Origin: a virus
Strand: one strand, 5' to 3'
IMG/VR virus record: IMGVR_UViG_3300032257_000011
Length of the DNA stretch: 64,000 bases
Shown piece by piece: positions 28,638 to 37,602 of this stretch. The notes under the pieces are model-generated. The model saw nothing but the letters and a program-made list of their open reading frames with translations, had not been told where the DNA came from and did no database searches. The number at the start of each line of letters is the position of its first letter. The stretch's first letter is position 1. The position numbers and the translations under genes are program-made.

Positions 28638-29285
28638 ATGAAGATACTCGGAGACATCCACGGCAACCTGCACAGACTCTCTCGTGTCATGCGTGATACT
28701 GAGGATGATGTACTATGTGTTGGGGATGTCGGTATTGGATTCAAAGGGGTAGGACAACACCCTTCTCTTTCCGAAAGATTCCATTTCATTCGTGGCAACC
28801 ATGATTGGCCTTACTGGTGTAAGAAGCATCCTCAATTCACTCTCGACTACGGGATGTGGAGAGACATGTTCCTCCTTGGTGGCGCTCGTTCTGTTGATAA
28901 GGAGTGGAGAACCGAGAACGTGAATTGGTGGGCTGACGAAGAATTGTCTTATGGCGAGCTTCAGAAGGCTATCGAGCTGTACGCTGAAGAGAAGCCAAAC
29001 GTTGTCATTTCTCATGAGGCTCCTTTTCAGATCGCTGCTGAATTGAAAGCACATGTGCAGGCTCTGGACCCTGGGTTGGCTGCGTTTGGGGAGCCTACTC
29101 CTTATTCAACGTCAATGGCTATGGATCAGATGTTGGAGATTCATCAACCGGACCTTTGGGTCTTCGGGCACTGGCACGCAACTTGGTCTAAGCAAGTCGG
29201 AAAGACTCGCTTTATCTGCGCAAACATATTTGAGTTGCTTGACGTTGATGAGCAGTTGGCTCTTTCACATGCTGAAGCTGAGTAG
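28638..29285 (+). CDS. calcineurin-like metallophosphoesterase (Ser/Thr phosphatase type)
   Basis: GDIHG, GDVGIG, GNHD, GHWH motifs. Confidence 0.75.
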   Translation: MKILGDIHGNLHRLSRVMRDTEDDVLCVGDVGIGFKGVGQHPSLSERFHFIRGNHDWPYWCKKHPQFTLDYGMWRDMFLLGGARSVDKEWRTENVNWWADEELSYGELQKAIELYAEEKPNVVISHEAPFQIAAELKAHVQALDPGLAAFGEPTPYSTSMAMDQMLEIHQPDLWVFGHWHATWSKQVGKTRFICANIFELLDVDEQLALSHAEAE

Positions 29286-29296
29286 CCTCTATTGGT

Positions 29297-29524
29297 ATGG
29301 ATATTACTAAATTAGCTCAACGCATCGAAGCTGGCAAACCAGATGAATCTTGGGCTGATAGCGCAGAAGTCGAGGGATACGCTAAATGCTGTATCCAAGT
29401 AGCTCTTGAACTGCTTGAACTAGACTTGATTGAGTCTGTCGCTTTGTTTATGATTCAGTGTGGATATGAAGAGGATAGCTGTTTCGTCATTCCTGGAATT
29501 TACTATCCGAGTGATGAAAATTGA
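29297..29524 (+). CDS. hypothetical small acidic protein
   Basis: ORF track. Confidence 0.4.
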   Translation: MDITKLAQRIEAGKPDESWADSAEVEGYAKCCIQVALELLELDLIESVALFMIQCGYEEDSCFVIPGIYYPSDEN

Positions 29525-29553
29525 AAAAAGTTGAGTGATTAAGAAGGAATCTC

Positions 29554-29581
29554 TTGACATAGAGCCGAAACGGTATATACT
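29554..29581 (+). promoter_or_regulatory. sigma70-type promoter TTGACA-N16-TATACT upstream of tRNA cluster
   Basis: read directly. Confidence 0.6.
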
Positions 29582-29753
29582 ATGACCATGAACACTCAGT
29601 TCCAAACAGATAGACTATTACTTGCGTAAAGGGAAGGCCCCTACTAACGCTTGCTATGTCTCTGTAGTCAAGACCTCATAACAACTCAATGAATATACTT
29701 GCCGTACCGCTGCTCTAAAGAGAAACGTACATCATGGGCAAGTTTTTCTTATT

Positions 29754-29837
29754 GGCCCTATGGTGAAATTGGTAGACACGCTAGGTTCAAATTCTAGTGG
29801 CTGAAAGGTCGTCCCGGTTCGATTCCGGGTAGGGTTA
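29754..29837 (+). tRNA. tRNA-Leu (anticodon CAA), type II
   Basis: hand-folded cloverleaf; long variable arm; GGTTCGATTCC T-loop; no CCA encoded. Confidence 0.7.
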
Positions 29838-30140
29838 TTCACTTGTAAGAGATTCTATCATGTGATAGTATGACGATACAAATAGAGCTGATGCTCAGAA
29901 GGAATGAAATGAATAGTAAGATGACGAATGTAGCTCGGAAACACAGGATGAGCCGCAAGAAGATGCAGGCGCAGGTTCGAGCAGAGAAAGCAAAATCAAA
30001 GAAGTAGATGAAAAAACCGAGTAAGGAAGAATTGAAAGCAGCTATACAGAGACACGTTGAGAAGTCAGCGGAGGCTGTGGCAAAGATCCCTCTTGAGAAG
30101 AGGACGATTTTGAGTAAGTTCGACTTGGAGAAAAATTGAT

Positions 30141-30326
30141 ATGGTTATAAAAATAGGTAACAAATTTGTGTCTTGGGAGAAATCAGGAAGAGGTATTTAT
30201 ACCGTTTATACTTATTCTTTGCAGAAAGAAAGACCTGAAGAAAGCACAGCGACAGAGATAGCAAGAAGAAGTAGACAAATGAGTTTTATTGGATTTGCAA
30301 GATTCAAAGAAATGGAATTTTGTTAA
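30141..30326 (+). CDS. hypothetical small protein
   Basis: ORF track only. Confidence 0.3.
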   Translation: MVIKIGNKFVSWEKSGRGIYTVYTYSLQKERPEESTATEIARRSRQMSFIGFARFKEMEFC

Positions 30327-30332
30327 ACACAC

Positions 30333-30414
30333 GGCCCCGTGGCGGAATTGGTAGACGCGCAAGATTTAGGTTCTTGTTCCTTACGGAGTGCAGGTTCGAT
30401 GCCTGTCGGGGTTA
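30333..30414 (+). tRNA. tRNA-Leu (anticodon TAG), type II
   Basis: hand-folded; long variable arm. Confidence 0.7.
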
Positions 30415-30418
30415 TTTA

Positions 30419-30502
30419 GCTTATGTGGCGGAATTGGTAGACGCGTATCCTTGAGGTGGATATTCTAGAAATAGAGTGGAGGTTCGATTCCTCTCATGAG
30501 CA
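30419..30502 (+). tRNA. tRNA-Leu (anticodon GAG), type II
   Basis: hand-folded; long variable arm. Confidence 0.65.
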
Positions 30503-30511
30503 TTATAAATC

Positions 30512-30584
30512 CCTCTTGTAGCCCAATGGCAGAGGCGTTTGTCTTAGGAACAAAATGTTGGTGGTTCGACTCCACTCAAGAGGA
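30512..30584 (+). tRNA. tRNA, anticodon TAG, short variable arm (identity uncertain)
   Basis: 73 nt; C1-G72; 3-bp D stem; anticodon loop CTTAGGA; T-loop GGTTCGACTCC. Confidence 0.5.
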
Positions 30585-30588
30585 TTTA

Positions 30589-30664
30589 GGCCCTGTAGCC
30601 CAACTTGGTAGGAGGCGACAGACTTAAAATTTGTACAGTGTGGGTTCGAATCCCTCCAGGGTCA
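30589..30664 (+). tRNA. tRNA, anticodon TAA, short variable arm, enlarged D-arm (identity uncertain)
   Basis: 76 nt; anticodon loop CTTAAAA; T-loop GGGTTCGAATCCC; one T-stem mismatch. Confidence 0.45.
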
Positions 30665-30677
30665 TTAGGAGAACAAG

Positions 30678-31058
30678 ATGAAAAGCATTACCTTTGATGA
30701 AATTGAAGTAATCATAAATGAGCATGCTGAAGAGTTTGCTGAAGAGTCTGTGCTTGGTATAGGTATTTGTCAGCGTGAGAATCTTCTTAGATTTGTGGTT
30801 ACAGTTGAAGACCAAGAGACTTTTGATACTCTTTCCGAAAAATACAAAGACAGAGAAATCAATGGATTTCCTATCTATGTTGAAATCGGAACTATTCTAA
30901 CTATTGATAGAAGCGTTGACATGAGCATGGACATGGACCCGTGGCCTTTCTGGATGCTCCACAATAATGATGCTTGGTGGATGAAGGCACTATTATGTAT
31001 CCCTATCACATGCAGTTGGTTGCTTTGGTCTATAAGAGGCAAAGACGCTTGCCCATAG
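30678..31058 (+). CDS. hypothetical protein
   Basis: GGAGAA SD immediately after tRNAs. Confidence 0.45.
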   Translation: MKSITFDEIEVIINEHAEEFAEESVLGIGICQRENLLRFVVTVEDQETFDTLSEKYKDREINGFPIYVEIGTILTIDRSVDMSMDMDPWPFWMLHNNDAWWMKALLCIPITCSWLLWSIRGKDACP

Positions 31059-31266
31059 GAGAAATAGATGCCGACAGCAGAAACGCTTGAAGAAGCAAAA
31101 ACGTGGTTCCTTGAGAACTCTAGCGGAGTCTTGGTTTGTATGTCAGGAGAGCAGCAGATGATTGTTTCTAGCTATACTGAAGCTGAAGACTTTTTTAGGA
31201 TGGCTGCCATTTGCGGCGAATAGGACTGCTAATCACCGCACAGTTTGCGGCGAATAAAGGAAGCTG

Positions 31267-31998
31267 ATGAGAATTTTTGACGCACGAGGAAAAGATTACT
31301 ATGATGGAGTCATGTACTCCACTTTTCATGGAGATGAAGAGACACTTTTTATCCGCGAAGAAAAAGAAGTCAAAACAAAAACAAGTAATGGATGGGATTG
31401 GAGAGGTTGGTCGTGGGGAGATAGCTTCACAGATTATTGGCCCTTTGGTAATGGCCTCTCTATTGGTTCCTATTGGCGAAACAATTCAGACCTGAAGAGA
31501 GATAGAGATGAAGTCAGCGAATATCTGTACTACATCGGTTTCTGCGGCATGGTTTATCCCGTCATCAAGAGAGTAACCCATAAAGAGAAATTCCATCCAA
31601 GAAGCGCAATGTCAGATGCGTATGTAGAAGACTTGTCAACGACAGAATATCTGTACGAGCCATTGGAGTCTCATTCGCAAAGAACTAAAGACTTGTTCGA
31701 GGGATACAAAAATCCACCACAGATTTACCTTGACAAGTGGGCAGAGATGATGAAAGAGAATCGTTCTCCAATCTTCATCGCTAATTACGAGCAAGGAACA
31801 ATCACGTGGAATCCTCATCTTGAAGAGTATGACTTCCCCAAGGTTGTCAATGCATGGGATGCAGGCAAAGCCGTCTATCAGTTTCTATCAAACCTGGGTC
31901 GCATCGAATTAGAAATTCCGGAAGAAGATGATATTCAGAAAGCTGAAAGACACGGGTTCGATAAGAAGACATCATTCAGAAAAGAACCACAGAAATGA
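31267..31998 (+). CDS. hypothetical protein
   Basis: ORF track. Confidence 0.55.
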   Translation: MRIFDARGKDYYDGVMYSTFHGDEETLFIREEKEVKTKTSNGWDWRGWSWGDSFTDYWPFGNGLSIGSYWRNNSDLKRDRDEVSEYLYYIGFCGMVYPVIKRVTHKEKFHPRSAMSDAYVEDLSTTEYLYEPLESHSQRTKDLFEGYKNPPQIYLDKWAEMMKENRSPIFIANYEQGTITWNPHLEEYDFPKVVNAWDAGKAVYQFLSNLGRIELEIPEEDDIQKAERHGFDKKTSFRKEPQK

Positions 31999-32004
31999 AA
32001 AGAT

Positions 32005-32223
32005 ATGGGCTTCCAGACAATCGACGAAATCAAGAATTATGTACGACGAGTCAACTTCTGTATTGATCATGGAGTACCGATGTGCGAGTTGCCTCCAGGC
32101 ACTCCTGTTGATTGGTCAAGCGAGGATACCCATAACCTTACTGATGACCAACTCACATACATTGCGAGAGAGGCGACAAAGATAAGAATAAGAGAGGCGA
32201 ACGAAAAACATGCAAGAAAATAA
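32005..32223 (+). CDS. hypothetical small protein
   Basis: ORF track. Confidence 0.4.
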   Translation: MGFQTIDEIKNYVRRVNFCIDHGVPMCELPPGTPVDWSSEDTHNLTDDQLTYIAREATKIRIREANEKHARK

Positions 32224-32398
32224 AGAACGTAAAGAATTTCTAGAGTATCTCACTCGCACTCGTAACGAATTTTTAAAAGTTTTGCGAGTGCAGATAGAAA
32301 AAGTTCGTAACCACAAGCAAGAAGATGGACCTGCAATTCTTTTGCCTAATAGCAAACAATGGTATGAAGGTGCAAGATTTTACAGAGATGAATGGTAA
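32210..32398 (+). CDS. hypothetical small protein
   Basis: ORF track. Confidence 0.35.
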   Translation: MQENKERKEFLEYLTRTRNEFLKVLRVQIEKVRNHKQEDGPAILLPNSKQWYEGARFYRDEW

Positions 32399-32406
32399 AA
32401 ACATTT

Positions 32407-32480
32407 GCTCGACTAGCTCAACTGGATAGAGCGTCGGTCTTCTAAACCGAAGGTTCTGGGTTCGAGTCCCAGGTCGAGTG
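32407..32480 (+). tRNA. tRNA-Arg (anticodon TCT)
   Basis: hand-folded; anticodon loop CTTCTAA. Confidence 0.7.
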
Positions 32481-32487
32481 TTGGTAT

Positions 32488-32573
32488 GGGCTTGTGGCGG
32501 AATTGGTAGACGCAACGGACTTAAAATCCGTCGAGGGTAAATCCTCATGAGGGTTCGAGTCCCTCCAGGCCTA
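32488..32573 (+). tRNA. tRNA-Leu (anticodon TAA), type II
   Basis: hand-folded; long variable arm. Confidence 0.65.
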
Positions 32574-32690
32574 TTTGAAAAGAAATCACCTGAGAATCAA
32601 TCAGGTGAACACAAAATCTGATATACTCATATCTGAACAGCCCATCAAAGGGCAAGAAACTCAATTTCATCCCTAACGGAGAAACAAAGA

Positions 32691-33347
32691 ATGTCAGACA
32701 TGAATATTGCCAACAAACCAGGCGCACAGTCAATTACTGATGCACAAGCAAGCGAACTCGATTACGTTATTGCCATTGATACAAGCGGTTCTATGGCTGG
32801 TCGAGACCCACAGCGTACTGACCTCACCCTTTTCAAGCACGCTCAGGAATGGACAACCGGAATGTCACGTTGGGCTGAAACTGTAGATGATGACGGCATT
32901 ACCGTTATTGCCTTTGGTGGAAACTCTATCGCAATGACAGACAACGTTACAGCAGATAGCGTTGAGACCGTATTCAATTCGCAGCCTCCACGAGGAAGCA
33001 CCCCAACTACTGAAGCTGTCCAGAAGATCATTGACATGAAACTTGCTGGAACGTTTACTAAGGATGTTGTTGCCTTCATCATAACTGATGGTAAGCCAAA
33101 CAACTCCGAGGGTGTTGCTCAAGCAATTGCTGCATGGACTAATCACCCAAGCGCAACTGAGCAAGGTATTTCATTCTCATTCATTCAGATTGGTAATGAT
33201 ACAGCCGCTCGTAATTTCCTTACAATGCTTGATGATGACCTCGAATCCAAGTATGGTGCGAAGTTCGACTGTGTAGACACTCGTACTCTTGCTGAAACAG
33301 AAAACATGTCATACGGCCAACTCGTATGGGGCGCACAGAACGACTAA
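32691..33347 (+). CDS. vWA-domain protein (TerY-like)
   Basis: MIDAS motif VIAIDTSGSM plus ITDGKPN; sits immediately upstream of TerD and TerB homologues. Confidence 0.7.
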   Translation: MSDMNIANKPGAQSITDAQASELDYVIAIDTSGSMAGRDPQRTDLTLFKHAQEWTTGMSRWAETVDDDGITVIAFGGNSIAMTDNVTADSVETVFNSQPPRGSTPTTEAVQKIIDMKLAGTFTKDVVAFIITDGKPNNSEGVAQAIAAWTNHPSATEQGISFSFIQIGNDTAARNFLTMLDDDLESKYGAKFDCVDTRTLAETENMSYGQLVWGAQND

Positions 33348-33465
33348 ATCTCCGAGCAGACAGGCACACCGCTTGTCTGTTTTTTCTCATCTATCAATGT
33401 AGATAGATGGTACTTAACCGCAAGCATTGCTTGCAAATTGTCCTCTTAGGACAAAGGAAACTCAA

Positions 33466-34059
33466 ATGTTGACAATTACTCCAAAGGGCGGGACCGTTGG
33501 TCTCACCATCGCAGCCAAGGCAACTCCTGAAGCATCAACCGCTCCAAATCAGTTCAACTTCGGTGCTGGTTGGGATACCACTGGTGGCGAGGCAGACCTT
33601 GACCTTTGCCTCTTGCAGCATCGTGGCCGTGGCGCTGCTGCTACTGATGGCGATCTCATCTACTACGCTAACCTGACCTCTGCTGGCATCACCCACACCG
33701 GCGATAACCAGACTGGCGAAGGCGACGGAGATGATGAGAATGTTCGCATGAACCTTGCTGATCTTCCTGCTGACGTTACTGCTGTTTCAATCGGTATCGT
33801 TGCATACTCAGCTACTGACTTCGGTAGCGTTGACAACATCCACCTTGAAGGTCGTGCTGGCGATGCTGAGAACGGTTCAGGTCTCTTCGGAGCTGATTTC
33901 TCAGAAACTGGCAACAACACATGCCTCGTAGCTGCACGCCTTGAGCGTCAGGATGATGGCGAGTGGACTGTGGTCAATACTTCAGAGTTCTCGAACCCAG
34001 GCAATGGCGGAGCTGCTATCCAGGGCTTCGTAACTGCTGCATCAGCGCTTTACAGCTAA
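33466..34059 (+). CDS. terD: TerD-family stress protein
   Basis: GWD…DLDL…HTGDNQTGEGDGDDE…DLPADV match TerD Ca-binding signature. Confidence 0.8.
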   Translation: MLTITPKGGTVGLTIAAKATPEASTAPNQFNFGAGWDTTGGEADLDLCLLQHRGRGAAATDGDLIYYANLTSAGITHTGDNQTGEGDGDDENVRMNLADLPADVTAVSIGIVAYSATDFGSVDNIHLEGRAGDAENGSGLFGADFSETGNNTCLVAARLERQDDGEWTVVNTSEFSNPGNGGAAIQGFVTAASALYS

Positions 34060-34163
34060 TCCTCTGTTGGGATTTGGTTTACAACAGTTAGAGGGTAGAA
34101 ATATCCTCTGCTGTTTTCGGAAAACAATAACAGTGCAAGTTGCACAGAACTTAGGAGAAGCAA

Positions 34164-34625
34164 ATGGCTTTTACAAAATTTATGAACATCATGAACAACG
34201 TGGCAGGAGACATTACTGCGAGTGCGAAGAAATTCTCTAACTCAGGAACTCGTGACCGAGCCGCTGCTGTAGCTGCTATCGTTGCTTATGTTCCTGACCA
34301 AGACGCTGACAAGGACGAAATCAGCAAGGGAGTTAAGGCTATTCACAAGATGACTGATGGAGCTTTCAAGATTGATGAAATGCTTGCAGCCGTAAACAGT
34401 GCAGTTGAGACACTTGAGTTTGATGTAGACATGGGATACACGGAATTGATGAATACTGTCCGCAAGGCAGGCGCTGACGAACGACGTTTGCTTGTTAGCG
34501 TTGGCATCGCAGTCGGTAAGTCATCTGGCGAACCGGGCGAAGATCCATTCTCTCCTGAAGAAAAAGATTGCGTTCGTCGAATGATTACTGACCTCGGTAT
34601 GAATGCTTCAGATTTTGGTCTGTAA
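34164..34625 (+). CDS. terB: TerB-like protein
   Basis: C-terminus VGIAVGKSSGE…EEKDCVRRMITDLGMNASDFGL parallels TerB. Confidence 0.65.
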   Translation: MAFTKFMNIMNNVAGDITASAKKFSNSGTRDRAAAVAAIVAYVPDQDADKDEISKGVKAIHKMTDGAFKIDEMLAAVNSAVETLEFDVDMGYTELMNTVRKAGADERRLLVSVGIAVGKSSGEPGEDPFSPEEKDCVRRMITDLGMNASDFGL

Positions 34626-34650
34626 AGAATAAGTCAGACCATTTGTTTCC

Positions 34651-34688
34651 ATAGGGCCGGGTGTACCCTTATGCCCGGTCCTATTTTT
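34651..34688 (+). terminator. terminator-like hairpin + T-run
   Basis: ccggg…cccgg stem then tatttttc. Confidence 0.45.
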
Positions 34689-34711
34689 CAATCAGCTCAA
34701 AGGAATAACTC

Positions 34712-35833
34712 ATGCAATGGACTCACGATTTAGCCACAACCATGTCAACGTGGCATTGGTCACTTTCTCTCCTTCTCACGATTTTGATGACGGTCGTAAT
34801 TAGCCGTGTGATTGCTTGGGCCTGCGACCACTTCGAACCTGCTGCTGGACATCTTGGCCGTAATTGGCCAGCCGGAATCCGTGGAGCAACAATTAATGCT
34901 GTTGGTTCTTCGATGCCTGAGTTGTGGACGACTGTGGGTCTTCTCTTCTTTGTGGGCGTAGGCACTACGACTGGAGTGGCTCTCCTTGGGGCAGGTATCA
35001 GCGTTACAGCGGGGTCTGCTGTTTTCAATTCGGTACTCATTCCTGCTGCTGTAATCTTCGCCGTCACAGCTCCTTTTGTTTTGCGAATCCTGACGTTCGG
35101 GCTTGTCTCAAAAATGGCAAAACAGGCTGATTCGTTCGTAATTGACAAAAGAAGCGTGGCTCGTGACCTCGTATTCATGCTTATTGCTGAAGTATCGCTC
35201 ATCTACTTCCTTCACAACGGGGTCTTCCAGCTCTGGATGTGCTTGTCCTTACTTGGTCTGTACGCCTTTTACGTCCTATTCATGTGGCAAGCTGTACGCT
35301 CTCATGAAGGAGAGGAAACGGAAGCTGAAGAGGGTTGGACGAACAAGCGGGCGCTTTGGACACTTTGTTGGACCACGTTGGCTCTCGTTGTCGCTTGTTA
35401 CTGTCTTGGCGAAATTATCGTAATTTCTGCTGTGGCCCTTGGTATTCACCCCATAATTTCTGCTGTCTTCTTTGGAGCTGCTGCATCGAGCGTTCCTGAC
35501 GTAATCCTGAGCGTAAAGGATGCACGAGCTGGAAATTACGAGGATGCGATTGCAAACGCTGTTGGAAGCAATACATTTGACATCTGTGTTGCTCTGGCTG
35601 GCCCAATGGCAATCTACATCCTGATGTATGGAGAGATTGTTCTTCCTGACCATGCGGCTGTGGAGATCCTCAGGATTGGTCTCCTTCTAACGACGGTACT
35701 TGTCGTTGGTCTTCTCCTTCTAACCAAGCAGGTTCGGTCATGGATCGCCTGGGTCCTGATGGCGGCGTACTTGGTCTGGATCTTCTTTGTTCTTGATACT
35801 GAGTTTGGTCTATTGTTCTTCTCAGGCACCTAG
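34712..35833 (+). CDS. CaCA-family cation/Ca2+ exchanger-like membrane protein
   Basis: about 10 TM helices; alpha-repeat-like GSSMPEL and ASSVPDV. Confidence 0.5.
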   Translation: MQWTHDLATTMSTWHWSLSLLLTILMTVVISRVIAWACDHFEPAAGHLGRNWPAGIRGATINAVGSSMPELWTTVGLLFFVGVGTTTGVALLGAGISVTAGSAVFNSVLIPAAVIFAVTAPFVLRILTFGLVSKMAKQADSFVIDKRSVARDLVFMLIAEVSLIYFLHNGVFQLWMCLSLLGLYAFYVLFMWQAVRSHEGEETEAEEGWTNKRALWTLCWTTLALVVACYCLGEIIVISAVALGIHPIISAVFFGAAASSVPDVILSVKDARAGNYEDAIANAVGSNTFDICVALAGPMAIYILMYGEIVLPDHAAVEILRIGLLLTTVLVVGLLLLTKQVRSWIAWVLMAAYLVWIFFVLDTEFGLLFFSGT

Positions 35834-35892
35834 TCCTTTTCACATGCTATAACCCTTCAGGGACAGTTGATAACGCCCTTAGAAAGGAGCTT

Positions 35893-36177
35893 TTGATGAA
35901 TCAGAGTTACTATCCAACCAAATGGCCAGTCATAGGCCGGTACGTCCGATACTGGGTCAACGATCCGCCTGAGTCCTTGGCTCTGTCGCTCATTCTTGCA
36001 ATCCTGGCGATTGGATGGATGATTACTGCGGGGTCTGTTGTTCCTTTTGGTTTACACATCCTGGCAGCTCTTTTTGTTCTGGCTTCCCTCTTCTTCTTGG
36101 TGGGGATTACCTTCCTCATCTTGAATCAACGGGAAGTTGAACGTATTCGAGCTGAATATCGCAAGAAGAATCCCTAA
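35893..36177 (+). CDS. small membrane protein
   Basis: ORF track. Confidence 0.45.
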   Translation: MMNQSYYPTKWPVIGRYVRYWVNDPPESLALSLILAILAIGWMITAGSVVPFGLHILAALFVLASLFFLVGITFLILNQREVERIRAEYRKKNP

Positions 36178-36588
36178 ATGGCCATGAATTCCACTATGTT
36201 GTTGCATTCATACCAAATAGAGAACTTCTTGAACCCTGACAGGTTTGCTGAAGCTAGCGAGCTGTGTCAGCTCTTCTGCGAGCGTCAGGACAAGGCGTTG
36301 ATTGGCGGATGGGACGGAGAGGGTGAGCCTCTCTTCTCTGAAGACGCAATTAGCTTCAATGGTTCTGGCGACGACGGGCACCAAACGTTTCAGATACGTC
36401 TGAATGGAACAGGTCCTCGGTTATGTGATACCAATCACAATGCATACGACGTAGTGGTCCGTGGTTGTCTTCTTATCCTGAAGAGCGTTTTCGAGGAGGA
36501 ACTCACAATTCACATTGACGGAGGTCACGAACCTTCGACAGAATTGGCTCGGGCGCTCGTGGAGAGTTACGTTGGCAGAGCGGTATAG
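36178..36588 (+). CDS. hypothetical protein
   Basis: ORF track. Confidence 0.5.
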   Translation: MAMNSTMLLHSYQIENFLNPDRFAEASELCQLFCERQDKALIGGWDGEGEPLFSEDAISFNGSGDDGHQTFQIRLNGTGPRLCDTNHNAYDVVVRGCLLILKSVFEEELTIHIDGGHEPSTELARALVESYVGRAV

Positions 36589-36614
36589 AGGCAGGCACTC
36601 TAAGAAATTGTCTC

Positions 36615-36629
36615 TTTTCCGCGGAAAAA
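36615..36629. promoter_or_regulatory. TTTTCCGCGGAAAAA palindrome
   Basis: read directly. Confidence 0.45.
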
Positions 36630-36785
36630 TGAGAGAATCTACTTGACTTTGAAGAAAAAGTGTGAAATAATGAAGGAACATCAAACAGATGGTCGAATAG
36701 GTTTATACATGAAAAATGTCAAAGTCCATATTAGCATAGTGATTATACCCTAGCGGGGGTAGTCGTTATCTTTATGGATACGGTC

Positions 36786-36823
36786 AACCTCGCTCCCTGC
36801 TTCGGTAGGAAACGAGGTTTTTT
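36786..36823 (+). terminator. hairpin + T6 before tRNA-Val
   Basis: cctcg…cgagg stem + tttttt. Confidence 0.5.
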
Positions 36824-36826
36824 ATT

Positions 36827-36899
36827 GGGCGATTAACTCAATGGCTAGAGTGCTTGCTTTACACGCAAGAAGTTCCCGGTTCGAGTCCGGGATTGCCTA
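36827..36899 (+). tRNA. tRNA-Val (anticodon TAC)
   Basis: hand-folded; anticodon loop TTTACAC. Confidence 0.7.
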
Positions 36900-36910
36900 C
36901 TTCACATTTC

Positions 36911-36985
36911 CCGATTGTAGCTCAGTTGGTTTAGAGCGTTCGCCTGATAAGCGAGAGGCCGGAAGTTCAAGTCTTCCCAATCGGA
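36911..36985 (+). tRNA. tRNA-Ile (anticodon GAT)
   Basis: hand-folded; perfect 7-bp acceptor stem. Confidence 0.7.
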
Positions 36986-37075
36986 TTTAAAACCTGGAGT
37001 TTAGCTATACTCCCATATCAAAATAGCACTCGGAAGTTTTGACCCGTTTGATAGATCGGGGAGGTCTTCTAGCAC

Positions 37076-37149
37076 ATTCCTGTAGCTCAGTTGGCTAGAG
37101 CGCTTTCCTGACACGAAAGAGGCCAGAGGTTCGAGTCCTCTTAGGAATA
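37076..37149 (+). tRNA. tRNA-Val (anticodon GAC)
   Basis: hand-folded; A1-U72. Confidence 0.6.
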
Positions 37150-37265
37150 TTCACATACCTTTCTTCGGAAAAGTAGAGATAAGCCAAGCGAGTGAAGCAG
37201 AGATGCGGTATACTTGGTTTCGACGATTCTTTGACAAGTAAATAGATAATATACTTCATCTTATT

Positions 37266-37338
37266 GGGGCTTTAGCTCAGCGGTTAGAGCATTCCACTCA
37301 TAATGGACAGGTCCTGAGTTCGAATCTCAGAAGCCCTA
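37266..37338 (+). tRNA. tRNA-Met (anticodon CAT; elongator or Ile2-type)
   Basis: hand-folded; anticodon loop CTCATAA. Confidence 0.6.
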
Positions 37339-37348
37339 CTTTCAAGAT

Positions 37349-37423
37349 GGTGAGCGTAGTTCAATTGGTTAGAGCATCTGGTTGTGATCCAGAATGTTGC
37401 GGGTTCGAGCCCCGTCGCCCACC
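37349..37423 (+). tRNA. tRNA-His (anticodon GTG) with G-1 and C73
   Basis: hand-folded; extra 5' G pairing with discriminator C is the His hallmark. Confidence 0.7.
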
Positions 37424-37467
37424 CTTTTAGTTGTAAGTCTTTATTCTTCCTCAAGTTGAATTCAAAT

Positions 37468-37575
37468 TGAAAAACTTTGAGAAAAATGAGTCTTACGACT
37501 TGACATTTTCCTTTTATCTGTTATACTTAGAGACCAACCCAAACGGGAAGGTTTGACAAGTAAATAAAGTAATAA
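37468..37575 (+). promoter_or_regulatory. repeat unit 1 with sigma70 consensus promoter TTGACA-N16-TATACT (37500-37527)
   Basis: about 108-bp unit repeated in tandem. Confidence 0.65.
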
Positions 37576-37602
37576 AAGGAAGTCCCTTGCTCTCTGCGGT
37601 TT

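Noticed and set aside
34712-35833. TerC identity for the membrane protein downstream of TerB
   Set aside because: GSSMPEL and SSVPDV alpha-repeat-like motifs fit CaCA exchangers better, though an HMM search is needed.
37224-37250. TTGACAAGTAAATAGATAATATACT as a promoter for tRNA-Met
   Set aside because: Spacing between TTGACA and TATACT is only 13 nt. It is more likely a shared processing or UTR element also present at the end of the 108-bp repeat units.
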